Below are positions 36,678 through 45,041 of a stretch of DNA of 64,000 nucleotides, piece by piece (within the stretch, counting starts at the first letter, position 1; the number at the start of each line of letters is the position of its first letter). Position numbers and translations under genes: made by a program. The stretch lies in the IMG/VR virus record IMGVR_UViG_3300025121_000282, positions 248,001 through 312,000 of that record; one strand, given 5' to 3'. The notes under the pieces were generated by a model. The model was not told the DNA's origin and ran no database searches. It saw only the letters and a program-made list of their open reading frames with translations.

Positions 36678-38213
36678 TTACTGTCTAAATAACACAAACT
36701 TTTTCTTTTCTTTACCAAACACTTTTACGTACCCTTTTGATTCAGCAAACTCCTTCTCTGTCATATGGCATCCAACGGCATGGTTGTATAAAGTCTTTTT
36801 GTGCATCATCCAACCAGTCGTGTCTACGTACACATAATCAGGCTTGGTAGTGGAAACATGTTCCCAATTTGAAGCTTGGTAGACGATGCCCTCATGGCCC
36901 ACGGTAGTATCGGCAAACGAAACTATTGCCTTGGTTTCTGGAAATTGGTCCCAGAAGTGTTTGGCCGATCTTGCTAAAAACCAAGACCCGAAATTAGGCT
37001 TGTGGCAGTCTGTTCTGATACAAAGTCTATCCAACTCCGACACTGTTTTTGGAGTAAGTCCTACTGAGGTGGACACCTCTTTTCTAACAACAGGAGCGAA
37101 CTTTGCCACTGCTATTAATTGGCCATCCAAGTAAGCCCCAAACATAAACTTTGCTTTACGACCACACTGGGCATAGTGCCAAGCTCTTAAAAATCTGTTA
37201 CCCTCAGAGTGCTCTATAGGCTTGACAATTAATTGGTTAAACTCGAATTCAGTTATTTTGGACTCGCTGACACCAATTACAGACTGAATTTTATCTTGAA
37301 CCAAATCAGGTATTAAAGTCTCATGCTCTTCTATACACAAAAGTAGTGAATCAGGGTTTGCAATTCTAAGATATGCTGATTTAGCAACGTCCCGCCTTTG
37401 GTTATTCGGAAGGTTGTGCCAATAATCACCTTGTACTTCAATGTATATATTAAAATCCGATAAATACAGGTCAAAATTATACGGACCCACAGATTTTTCT
37501 CTGGTGTATTTTATCTCAAGCAGGTCTAATACATCAGAAACCACTTTTTCAGGTTTAGACTGTCTGCCTGACCTAGAAAAGGCCTCTATACCAGCAGCTA
37601 TTTTAGCCCTGTACTCTGGATTTTTAAATCTTTCTTTTGCCAATTCACTGTGTATCTTTTTGTATTCTGGGTTCTGGATTGCCAAGTCATGGTTAGCTCT
37701 CGCCTCAGGCGTGTGCATTACTGACACTTTTTCCCTGAAGTATTTGTCTGGGTCGGCTTTATAATCCGCCTTGTTTCGTTCCGACACCAGCTGTTTATGC
37801 TGGTCTGACTGAAACATCTTGGTAATGCGGTCTTGCTGAAACTCCCTAAAATCTGGGTCTTCCCAAGCCTGTTTAGCTTGCTTAGACCTTTGGGCTCTGC
37901 CATCTTCAGAATTGGCTATGGCACCCAATATTTTTGACTGGTTGCTGACGTACTCTGGATTCGCCCAGGCTTGCTTGGATTGCTTAGACCTCTGAGCTTT
38001 TCCTTGAGGACTCTTAGCTCTGCACGGGGAACACCAGTATTCCCCGCGTTTTCTCAGAGTTCTATTTACAATAGACCTCTGATTGCATACAGACCTACCA
38101 CAACACTGATAGACTACCCACCCTCTTTGTTTAGGGGTGGGTAATCTATACCCAAAGTCTATTTCGTTGTGCTCTTGGTCGGAAATTTGTGCGTACAGTG
38201 TTGCTATATCCAT
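36678..38213 (-). CDS. Fusion: helical NUMOD-like repeats + DUF559/Vsr-like endonuclease + Mom-like GNAT domain
   Basis: KPEKVVSDVL...YNFDLYL....YIEVQGDYWH; C-term WHY...ELDRLC...SWFLARS...IVSFADTTVGHEGIVYQASNW. Confidence 0.75.
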   Translation of the reverse strand: MDIATLYAQISDQEHNEIDFGYRLPTPKQRGWVVYQCCGRSVCNQRSIVNRTLRKRGEYWCSPCRAKSPQGKAQRSKQSKQAWANPEYVSNQSKILGAIANSEDGRAQRSKQAKQAWEDPDFREFQQDRITKMFQSDQHKQLVSERNKADYKADPDKYFREKVSVMHTPEARANHDLAIQNPEYKKIHSELAKERFKNPEYRAKIAAGIEAFSRSGRQSKPEKVVSDVLDLLEIKYTREKSVGPYNFDLYLSDFNIYIEVQGDYWHNLPNNQRRDVAKSAYLRIANPDSLLLCIEEHETLIPDLVQDKIQSVIGVSESKITEFEFNQLIVKPIEHSEGNRFLRAWHYAQCGRKAKFMFGAYLDGQLIAVAKFAPVVRKEVSTSVGLTPKTVSELDRLCIRTDCHKPNFGSWFLARSAKHFWDQFPETKAIVSFADTTVGHEGIVYQASNWEHVSTTKPDYVYVDTTGWMMHKKTLYNHAVGCHMTEKEFAESKGYVKVFGKEKKKFVLFRQ

Positions 38214-38255
38214 ATATAACTATACAACCGTAACTATACGCTTTCGCAGTTACAT

Positions 38256-40679
38256 CTAACCCAAGTACACGTAGTCATCATGGAGAGCGCTGGTACCAAC
38301 CATCACCACGGGAAGTCCTGAGCAATTTTCCAGCATATCAATAAACGCTCTGGTTTCAGAGCTAAACTTGACTAATGCCTCTTTGCCCCCGCGCAGACCG
38401 ACGTCGATGTGGTTGATTTGATTCACAAAATTCAGTACAAGCTTGGTTGCACCGCAGGTTCTAGCAGCGTCCTTAAGCCCAATTTGGGAGAATGTCCCTA
38501 CGCGTCGAATGCGCTTAGTAACCGTGGTTCGCTCGCGTTCCGCCAACATTTTTGCCTCTTCCTCTGGCATGTTGGCTCTCTTTGCTATCTCATCCCAGGT
38601 CAATTCCTGTTGGTCGGGGTACCACCCTCCAGAATTCCCCAGTTCTTTGCCAGACTCGTCATACACGTTTCCAACCCTAATTGGGTGCGACCTTAAGTTT
38701 AAGTAGACGTCGCCCACCATGTTTGGGGGAATGGCCATATAGTCCATGGCTGCCTGAACTGTGCAGTTTCTAGAAGTGCAGTTTGGATAGTGTGAGCCGT
38801 GGTCAATACTCAGTGCATAGCCCTGGCTTCCTTCATGGAGCCAGTAGTCACCCTTACTGATGATTTTGTGGGTGGCATCACGAAATGCCATGCCGTTGGT
38901 GATTTGAATGTTTCCAGGGAGGTCTATTGGTGCTGGTGTGTTACCAACCAGGGGCACATTCTGCTTCCGTAAAACCTTATCAGCCAGGGCGGTCCCGGAA
39001 CCCTGCATAGTGGAGGCTAGGTGCTTGGTGCTTTCTGCTCCCTCACGCTCTCGTGCAGCGTGGTCCTCGGTTACAATACCTGCACGATCATGAACATAAA
39101 GGTCTGGTCCACCACACTCCTCATACTCCTTGATGAACTGTTCCCAACGAAAAGATGAACCGGGAGAAATCCATCCAGCAACCTCACGGCCAAGTGCTTT
39201 CTTCAGACCGCATGCGGTGGGCAGAGCCTTGGCTACAAACTTCCCATCTTTCAAATTCGGGTGAGCAATAGTGTTGTGTGAAATAGCACCATTGGCTAGA
39301 TAACTGTGGGTTTGGGGCATGGTTACATCAAAAACCCGTTCTTCCCCAATTGCCAAATTGACTTCTTTGATGTCTACTACATGATAGTCCTCGGCCAATT
39401 TAACTAAGCCGGTAAATCCAGCCGCTCGGAGTGTGGCGGCATTGCGTAAAACATACGCACCTGCGATGGCTCCATTCTCAGTTGAATTCGTGCTGTGTGC
39501 AGCTTTGCGTATTTGAATCAAACGGTTATAATTGAGATTGATGAGAGAGCCTTGAGACCAATCAGCATCGTATGTGGCTATTTCCACATTTAATCTAGCC
39601 GACTTGACCTCTGAAAGAAAACCTACTCGCTCACGAAAAAGGGTTAAATTTTCCAAACCCGCCATCTCAATTTGATGTGATCGACTGCGAGAAGGTCGCT
39701 TGTCCTGGTAGGACCGGTAAGTGGAATTAATACCCAACAACAATAATAACTGTTGGGCCATCAGCACCACATCTTTTGAAATGTTGCCAAAAGAAACCCT
39801 TCGCTTTTTGGCCGACCCATCCGAGTCAAACAGACCCCGCAGAAATGCTCCAATTATTTCAGGGGTGCCCACAGTGACAGCAGTCGGTATCTCTTTTTCG
39901 GCTTTAGTAGCTAGCTTCAACCCCACTTGTTCAAAGATCTGGCGAAGTTCGGAAATACTGCAGGTTTCCAGAACGTGGCACTGTTTGTCTTTTACCTTGT
40001 AAACATTCCATGGGATGCCGATGCCATCGTAAAATTTTTGAGTCTTGCAGCAAACATCCATCTGGTCAGAGTGGAACGCTATGCTAACATTTGCCTTTTT
40101 GGGACTGTAACACCCATCACCAACCAACAGCCCCAGGTATTCAGCCATTAATAATTCGTCTGGTTTATTTGTCAGTGCGGTTCCATTCGCTCTGTGTATC
40201 AGGGATAACATGTCTATAGGTAGACTGGTTCCCACCCAGTTAGTCTTTTTAGGAAATAAAAACTGGTGTACTCCAGGTACTAAATCCATTGACCGTATCC
40301 ACTGTGGGGCGTTTTCAGTGGGGTCCCAAACATAGTACTGATGTATGTCAGTACATTTGTACTCAATGCCATTCTTGAGTTTGATTTTGTTGACTACTCT
40401 AACCCCGTCATCAACCAAATCTGTAGGCGACTCCCAACAGCCGTCCATGTTGAGAAGCTGCAGACCCTTTTGGTTCTGAGTGACAATATCCCCAAGCTTT
40501 TTTAATCCCCGGTCAGTGGGGATTATGGCGTCAAAAGTTTGACAGTGGCCTGCATTGGGATAGTTGGCAGAAGACACATTTCGGACATTGAAAATATCCA
40601 CCAAACGAGACGACAAAGCTCCCTTACCTGAGCTACCCCAGGCTTGGTCGAGGACAACATTGAACTTTCCAGGCTGCAT
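38256..40679 (-). CDS. purZ: Adenylosuccinate-synthetase homologue with PurZ signatures, interrupted by an intein
   Basis: GSSGKG (Ser in place of the PurA catalytic Asp), NAGH|T, ASTMQG, EGSQGY...YPNCTSR, RSHPIRVG, NSGGWYPDQ.ELTW, TTVTKRIRR, NFVN. Confidence 0.8.
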   Translation of the reverse strand: MQPGKFNVVLDQAWGSSGKGALSSRLVDIFNVRNVSSANYPNAGHCQTFDAIIPTDRGLKKLGDIVTQNQKGLQLLNMDGCWESPTDLVDDGVRVVNKIKLKNGIEYKCTDIHQYYVWDPTENAPQWIRSMDLVPGVHQFLFPKKTNWVGTSLPIDMLSLIHRANGTALTNKPDELLMAEYLGLLVGDGCYSPKKANVSIAFHSDQMDVCCKTQKFYDGIGIPWNVYKVKDKQCHVLETCSISELRQIFEQVGLKLATKAEKEIPTAVTVGTPEIIGAFLRGLFDSDGSAKKRRVSFGNISKDVVLMAQQLLLLLGINSTYRSYQDKRPSRSRSHQIEMAGLENLTLFRERVGFLSEVKSARLNVEIATYDADWSQGSLINLNYNRLIQIRKAAHSTNSTENGAIAGAYVLRNAATLRAAGFTGLVKLAEDYHVVDIKEVNLAIGEERVFDVTMPQTHSYLANGAISHNTIAHPNLKDGKFVAKALPTACGLKKALGREVAGWISPGSSFRWEQFIKEYEECGGPDLYVHDRAGIVTEDHAAREREGAESTKHLASTMQGSGTALADKVLRKQNVPLVGNTPAPIDLPGNIQITNGMAFRDATHKIISKGDYWLHEGSQGYALSIDHGSHYPNCTSRNCTVQAAMDYMAIPPNMVGDVYLNLRSHPIRVGNVYDESGKELGNSGGWYPDQQELTWDEIAKRANMPEEEAKMLAERERTTVTKRIRRVGTFSQIGLKDAARTCGATKLVLNFVNQINHIDVGLRGGKEALVKFSSETRAFIDMLENCSGLPVVMVGTSALHDDYVYLG
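39273..40544 (-). mobile_element. Intein (424 aa) with LAGLIDADG homing endonuclease
   Basis: Starts CQTFDAII, ends VFDVTM...HSYLANGAISHN, with Thr at +1. LAGLIDADG blocks YLGLLVGDG and FLRGLFDSDG. Confidence 0.95.
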
Positions 40680-40681
40680 GA

Positions 40682-42370
40682 CTAAACTCTCCTAACCCAC
40701 TTGGTTTTTGGCACCTCTGATACTGTACAGAGACCGGTATACTCTACAAACTGTCGTTCTGTCATATGGTTTGACAGTGCTTGATCATACACAGTACGTT
40801 TGTGTATGTATCTCACTGTGACTGGGTCAAAATAATGATACGATTCCCCGGTCTGGCCCGCTTCAATAAAACTACAGGCTTTGTACAAGCCACCAGAATC
40901 ACCAACATTGGGGTCAGAAAATGAAACCAGTAACTTTAGCTTTGGGCTTTCTGATTTATAGGCACCAATTAACTTAGACATACAGTAAGAAGATAGATTA
41001 TTCACATCCAGTCCAGACCTTACGCAAAACCGTCTAATCTCTCTGACACTACCTGGATTCAACTTACCCAGCCCCAGTTGCTCTGCGGTTTTTTTGACAG
41101 TTCCGTGTCGGGTTACACCACCAAATACCAGCAAACACACCAATGTGTCCTTAAAATAAGCCCCATAGGGAGAGGCTGCTGTCCCCAAAGTGCCCAAGTA
41201 ATGATTGGTGGTTAGAAACACGTGGGCTTCTTTTAACGGAACAGGTCTAAACTCCAAGTCCGACAACTGAAATTGTATTGGTTCTTCAATGGCTCGCAAA
41301 ATGTGATAGTCCAACACTTTACGAAGTCTTCCCAGATGCAGTTCATGCTCCCATAACCACACTAACTTATACTTTGAATACTTTTCTATGTATGTAGCTT
41401 TGGCCTTATCTCTGGGTGTTCCAGAGTACCCGTTGTCTTTAAAATTGTGAAGATAATCACCATGGGTCTCTATCAACAAATTGCATAATGGTACATAAAA
41501 ATCAAACGAGTATGGGCCCACCGTGAAACTGCGTTCGAATGGAACCTTATAGTGGGACTCCAAAATGGAGGCTACTATCCTTTCTGTAGTAGGGTTCTGT
41601 AATTTCTCTTTGACACCCGGGATGTCAAAACCAGATTCTGACCCGTATAATTTCAGTAAGGTAGTTCTGCGTTTAATGGCTTTACATTTGGCAGACCCAC
41701 AGGTTAACGGGTGGGCCTGGGTGTAATACGACATCTTGGTTTCAGAGGTATTGTCACACACATAACACTTATAAATTATGGTCTTTTCACACAGTGGGAA
41801 TATTTTCGTGGCCTTGTACCCAAATTTAACAAACGTGGCATCGTCATCAGCCCATGCATAGTCTGGGGGCTTTCGTTTCGACAACCAAAAGTCATGCTTA
41901 CTTTGTGTGGATTCTTCGCGAATCCAAGTAGCAGCCACAGGACTGCACAGTTTGCAGCACACTACTTTGTTGCTTCTGGATAGACTTTGCAAACTGGTAG
42001 TGTACTGCTCTAGGCAAAATTCACATACAGCTTCAACAGCTTTTTCTGACCTTGGAGACAGTGTGTCTAGGCCATACCCATGTTTGGCTATGGTCAACAA
42101 AGAGTCTGCCCCAGCGGGCCGTTTAAGTACACTTAATAAATAGTACTCTCTAGGTGTTGTTTGTTTCTGCCTTACCCAATGAGATTTTAACTGATCGCAG
42201 CCCGAACAGGCATCTGGCGGAACGCGTCCAGGTTTGGAAAACTGATATTTCTTCCTCTCAAACACTTCTAAACAGAAATCGCATTGCACCACTACAGGTT
42301 TCTTAGACTGTGGCGCTAAGTCACTGTACCGATATCCGTATTTCTCAACAGTCAAGTCATCTTGGTGCAT
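40682..42370 (-). CDS. Fusion: three CxxC zinc-ribbon repeats + DUF559/Vsr-like endonuclease + Mom-like GNAT domain
   Basis: Repeats (T.xKxGY...S.K.V...CxxC) x3; ERIVASIL...YSFDFYV....LIETHGDYLH; NHY...EIRRFC...LVSFSDPNVGDSGGLYKACSF. Likely start is the ATG at 42370, 6 nt after TATAAT. Confidence 0.75.
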   Translation of the reverse strand: MHQDDLTVEKYGYRYSDLAPQSKKPVVVQCDFCLEVFERKKYQFSKPGRVPPDACSGCDQLKSHWVRQKQTTPREYYLLSVLKRPAGADSLLTIAKHGYGLDTLSPRSEKAVEAVCEFCLEQYTTSLQSLSRSNKVVCCKLCSPVAATWIREESTQSKHDFWLSKRKPPDYAWADDDATFVKFGYKATKIFPLCEKTIIYKCYVCDNTSETKMSYYTQAHPLTCGSAKCKAIKRRTTLLKLYGSESGFDIPGVKEKLQNPTTERIVASILESHYKVPFERSFTVGPYSFDFYVPLCNLLIETHGDYLHNFKDNGYSGTPRDKAKATYIEKYSKYKLVWLWEHELHLGRLRKVLDYHILRAIEEPIQFQLSDLEFRPVPLKEAHVFLTTNHYLGTLGTAASPYGAYFKDTLVCLLVFGGVTRHGTVKKTAEQLGLGKLNPGSVREIRRFCVRSGLDVNNLSSYCMSKLIGAYKSESPKLKLLVSFSDPNVGDSGGLYKACSFIEAGQTGESYHYFDPVTVRYIHKRTVYDQALSNHMTERQFVEYTGLCTVSEVPKTKWVRRV

Positions 42371-42478
42371 ACCTGCATTATACACAAAAGTGTGGCACTA
42401 ACGGCAAGGGTGCTATACATTAAAAATTACTTCGTACTTGGTTGTACAATACCATCAGACCCACAACAGGAAGACACA

Positions 42479-42739
42479 ATGAATAAGTTTGACATTGTCG
42501 ATGCTATCATGCAACCGCACAACATTAACTTTTCTTTTGCCAAAGGGGAGGTAGTGGCTTGTCTAACTTATCCAGGGCAGAACACTGTGGGGGGCATACC
42601 CATGGTGTTAAAACTTGAGACGAGCGGCCACAACTTTATGGTACAACCATTTGCGGCTGGAACAACCAAAGAAGAGGTTAAGGCTAGACTTTGTGATCAG
42701 GTAGACAGACTGTTTATGGCCATTGCCGATATTTTATAA
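42479..42739 (+). CDS. Hypothetical protein
   Basis: ATG at 42479 with SD AGGA. Confidence 0.6.
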   Translation: MNKFDIVDAIMQPHNINFSFAKGEVVACLTYPGQNTVGGIPMVLKLETSGHNFMVQPFAAGTTKEEVKARLCDQVDRLFMAIADIL

Positions 42740-42767
42740 TTTTGTTAGTATAATTAATAGAGCCTTA

Positions 42768-43334
42768 TTAAACTACCGCCACATTGGTGTGCGAGAAGAA
42801 GCTTCTGTTATTTTTGTCGTCTATCCCGATAGATATAATTTGGTCTGTTGGAATGTTTTTGTCTACTATAAGCCACGCACCCCACATTCTTCCCATCCCA
42901 CCTGCTCTGAGTACGTCGAGTCGAGTCTCAATTTCCAAGTCTTCTCGACCGAACCTCCTCACACCAGCATAAACCTTAGCTGACATTACTAGCCCCTCAG
43001 TAATTGCACCAATGTTTTCGTGCCCCTCCAGTATTGACTGAATCACACCGCTAGTTAGTGGGGGCACAAAAACCAGTCCACTTTCTACTGCCACAGAACT
43101 CTTCGCTGCTTGTGCCAGTGCGTCTGCAGCAAGATCTTTTAGGCTGTTTACTTGTGCAACCAATCGTTCAGTGTATACTGCTTCGTTCACATTGGGTACC
43201 AAAGCATCAAAAATCGGGCCAACTACTTCGGCCACGCCTTCGGGGAGTCCAGCTTGTTCAATAGAGTCCGCCAGGGCAGACAGCTGACTCGACTTTATGC
43301 GGAGCATAGAAACCATTTTATTTATACTAGACAC
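42768..43334 (-). CDS. Hypothetical protein; C-terminal half resembles a segment of a large-phage major capsid protein
   Basis: VMSAKVYAGVRRFGREDLEIETRLDVLRAGGMGRMWGAWLIVDKNIP (recalled resemblance only). Confidence 0.45.
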   Translation of the reverse strand: MSSINKMVSMLRIKSSQLSALADSIEQAGLPEGVAEVVGPIFDALVPNVNEAVYTERLVAQVNSLKDLAADALAQAAKSSVAVESGLVFVPPLTSGVIQSILEGHENIGAITEGLVMSAKVYAGVRRFGREDLEIETRLDVLRAGGMGRMWGAWLIVDKNIPTDQIISIGIDDKNNRSFFSHTNVAVV

Positions 43335-43470
43335 GGGGCTCTCTCCATCTTTGTTGCGTAGACACTATTAATTTTACATTTGTGGGCCCCAAATAACAAC
43401 TCCTATGGTGCACTTCTAAATACAGATTGACAAGCAGGTGTGGTACACAAATTATTTGTTGGAGGGTTAC

Positions 43471-44535
43471 ATGTCTAATTTAGATTTCGATCTAGTAAAA
43501 CACACAATAGTCATGACGAGAGGTGGGTCTGTCTCTTATGGAATGGCTACGCCCACCTCGGATTTAGACATCAAGGGTATTTTTATACCCCCAGAAGAGT
43601 ATACCCTAGGGTTTTATCTAAATTGTGAAACCATCAATAAGAACGAGGATTTAGAACTGTTTAGACACTTGTTAAATCAAGATAGTCTCAGGTATGTTGA
43701 CAATGGCCTTGAGGGGTCTGTTTATTCATTAGTAAAATACTTATTCTTAGCCGCCAAGGGAAACCCAAACATACTGGAAGTACTGTTTTGCGAAGAGGAA
43801 GATGTAATACACACCTCTGAGGAGGGTGAGATTCTTCGTGAGCACAGAGGTCTATTTTTAACCCAAGTTGTTAGACACCAATACGTTAGATATGCAATGG
43901 CTCAACTTGAAGATATTAAACGGCACAAGTCGTATTTGCTTAACCCCATAAAAAACAAGCCCACCCGATCTGATTTTGGGCTACCTACCCAGCCTGCAAT
44001 TAAGAAACACAAACTCGGGCTAATTGAAGCTGCAATTAAAAAACAGACAGACAGAGGGTACACTAGAGACCAAGCATTAAAAATTTTGGTAACGTACCCT
44101 GAGTACGAGAAGGACTTAAGTACACCAAACTTTATTGCAAATCTAAATGGGGAGGCTGCTTATACCAGTGCCGCCACTACATACACACGTCAGCAGCTTC
44201 ATTGGGAAAATAGAAACGCAAAAAGGGCAGCATTAGAGGCAAAGTATGGATTTGATACTAAACACACCTCACATGTTGTTAGGCTACTAAAAACGGGGCA
44301 TGAGATTTTAACTCAAGGGAAGTTAACAGTCCGCAGACCAGATTTCGAGGAATTGTTGGCTATCCGTGCTGGCTCATGGAGTTATGAGGAAGTAATGACT
44401 TGGGCCAATGACATGGTAAGAAAAATAAATTATGACTCTTTGGATTCCCCAATTCCATTAGAGCCGGATATGGTGGCTATCAACAATTTGTGTGTAAGAT
44501 TACACAAGATGTTTTACAAAAAGTTGGGATTTTGA
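43471..44535 (+). CDS. RlaP/YcgL-like Pol-beta nucleotidyltransferase (RNA-repair associated family)
   Basis: GGSVSYGMATPTSDLDIKGIF, KGNPNILEVLF, FDTKHTSHVVRLL, LLAIRAGSW; SD GGAGG. Confidence 0.85.
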   Translation: MSNLDFDLVKHTIVMTRGGSVSYGMATPTSDLDIKGIFIPPEEYTLGFYLNCETINKNEDLELFRHLLNQDSLRYVDNGLEGSVYSLVKYLFLAAKGNPNILEVLFCEEEDVIHTSEEGEILREHRGLFLTQVVRHQYVRYAMAQLEDIKRHKSYLLNPIKNKPTRSDFGLPTQPAIKKHKLGLIEAAIKKQTDRGYTRDQALKILVTYPEYEKDLSTPNFIANLNGEAAYTSAATTYTRQQLHWENRNAKRAALEAKYGFDTKHTSHVVRLLKTGHEILTQGKLTVRRPDFEELLAIRAGSWSYEEVMTWANDMVRKINYDSLDSPIPLEPDMVAINNLCVRLHKMFYKKLGF

Positions 44536-44537
44536 GT

Positions 44538-45041
44538 ATGCTGGACAAAATACTTGATTCTATAAAGTCGGATAGCGTATTGCACTGTGCCATGAGCACT
44601 CCAGAAATTCGTGCACGTATCAGTCCGCACATGGACGACTCAGCTACAATCGTTGTGTGGCTCAAAGAGAAGAACGAGATTTTCAACACCCCATCAGCAC
44701 TTGAGACGTGTGCTTTGTTTGTTATGTCTGTTTTAGACGAACCTAGATGGTTGGAGAAAGTAGCGATCAGAATAACGCTTATAGATGAGGACGGCGAGGT
44801 TGTTTCTTCCCATTCCAGACCGTTAACTCCGGTAGGAGACAAGCCAGATGGCTATTACGAATCAGACCCAATACCCGACAAGCCAAACTTTGACGTAGAG
44901 GATATGCTAAGAGATCATGTGGCCAGACATGTCATGGCCGAATTGGGGTGTGATACCGATTTTGTGTTAGACCACTATGTTGAGGTGCTTCAGGAAGAAT
45001 TTTGGAAGAAACCAGTATCTCAAGACAAGGAACCAGTATGA
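44538..45041 (+). CDS. Acidic hypothetical protein
   Basis: In-frame ATG at 44538 follows the upstream stop. Confidence 0.6.
   Translation: MLDKILDSIKSDSVLHCAMSTPEIRARISPHMDDSATIVVWLKEKNEIFNTPSALETCALFVMSVLDEPRWLEKVAIRITLIDEDGEVVSSHSRPLTPVGDKPDGYYESDPIPDKPNFDVEDMLRDHVARHVMAELGCDTDFVLDHYVEVLQEEFWKKPVSQDKEPV

Noticed and set aside
38256-40679. Ordinary PurA
   Set aside because: Lacks the catalytic Asp of GDEGKG and the guanine-specific KxD motif; has PurZ-type residues instead.
43427-43460. TTGACA promoter upstream of the nucleotidyltransferase
   Set aside because: The -35 is perfect, but there is no convincing -10 at 16-18 nt spacing.
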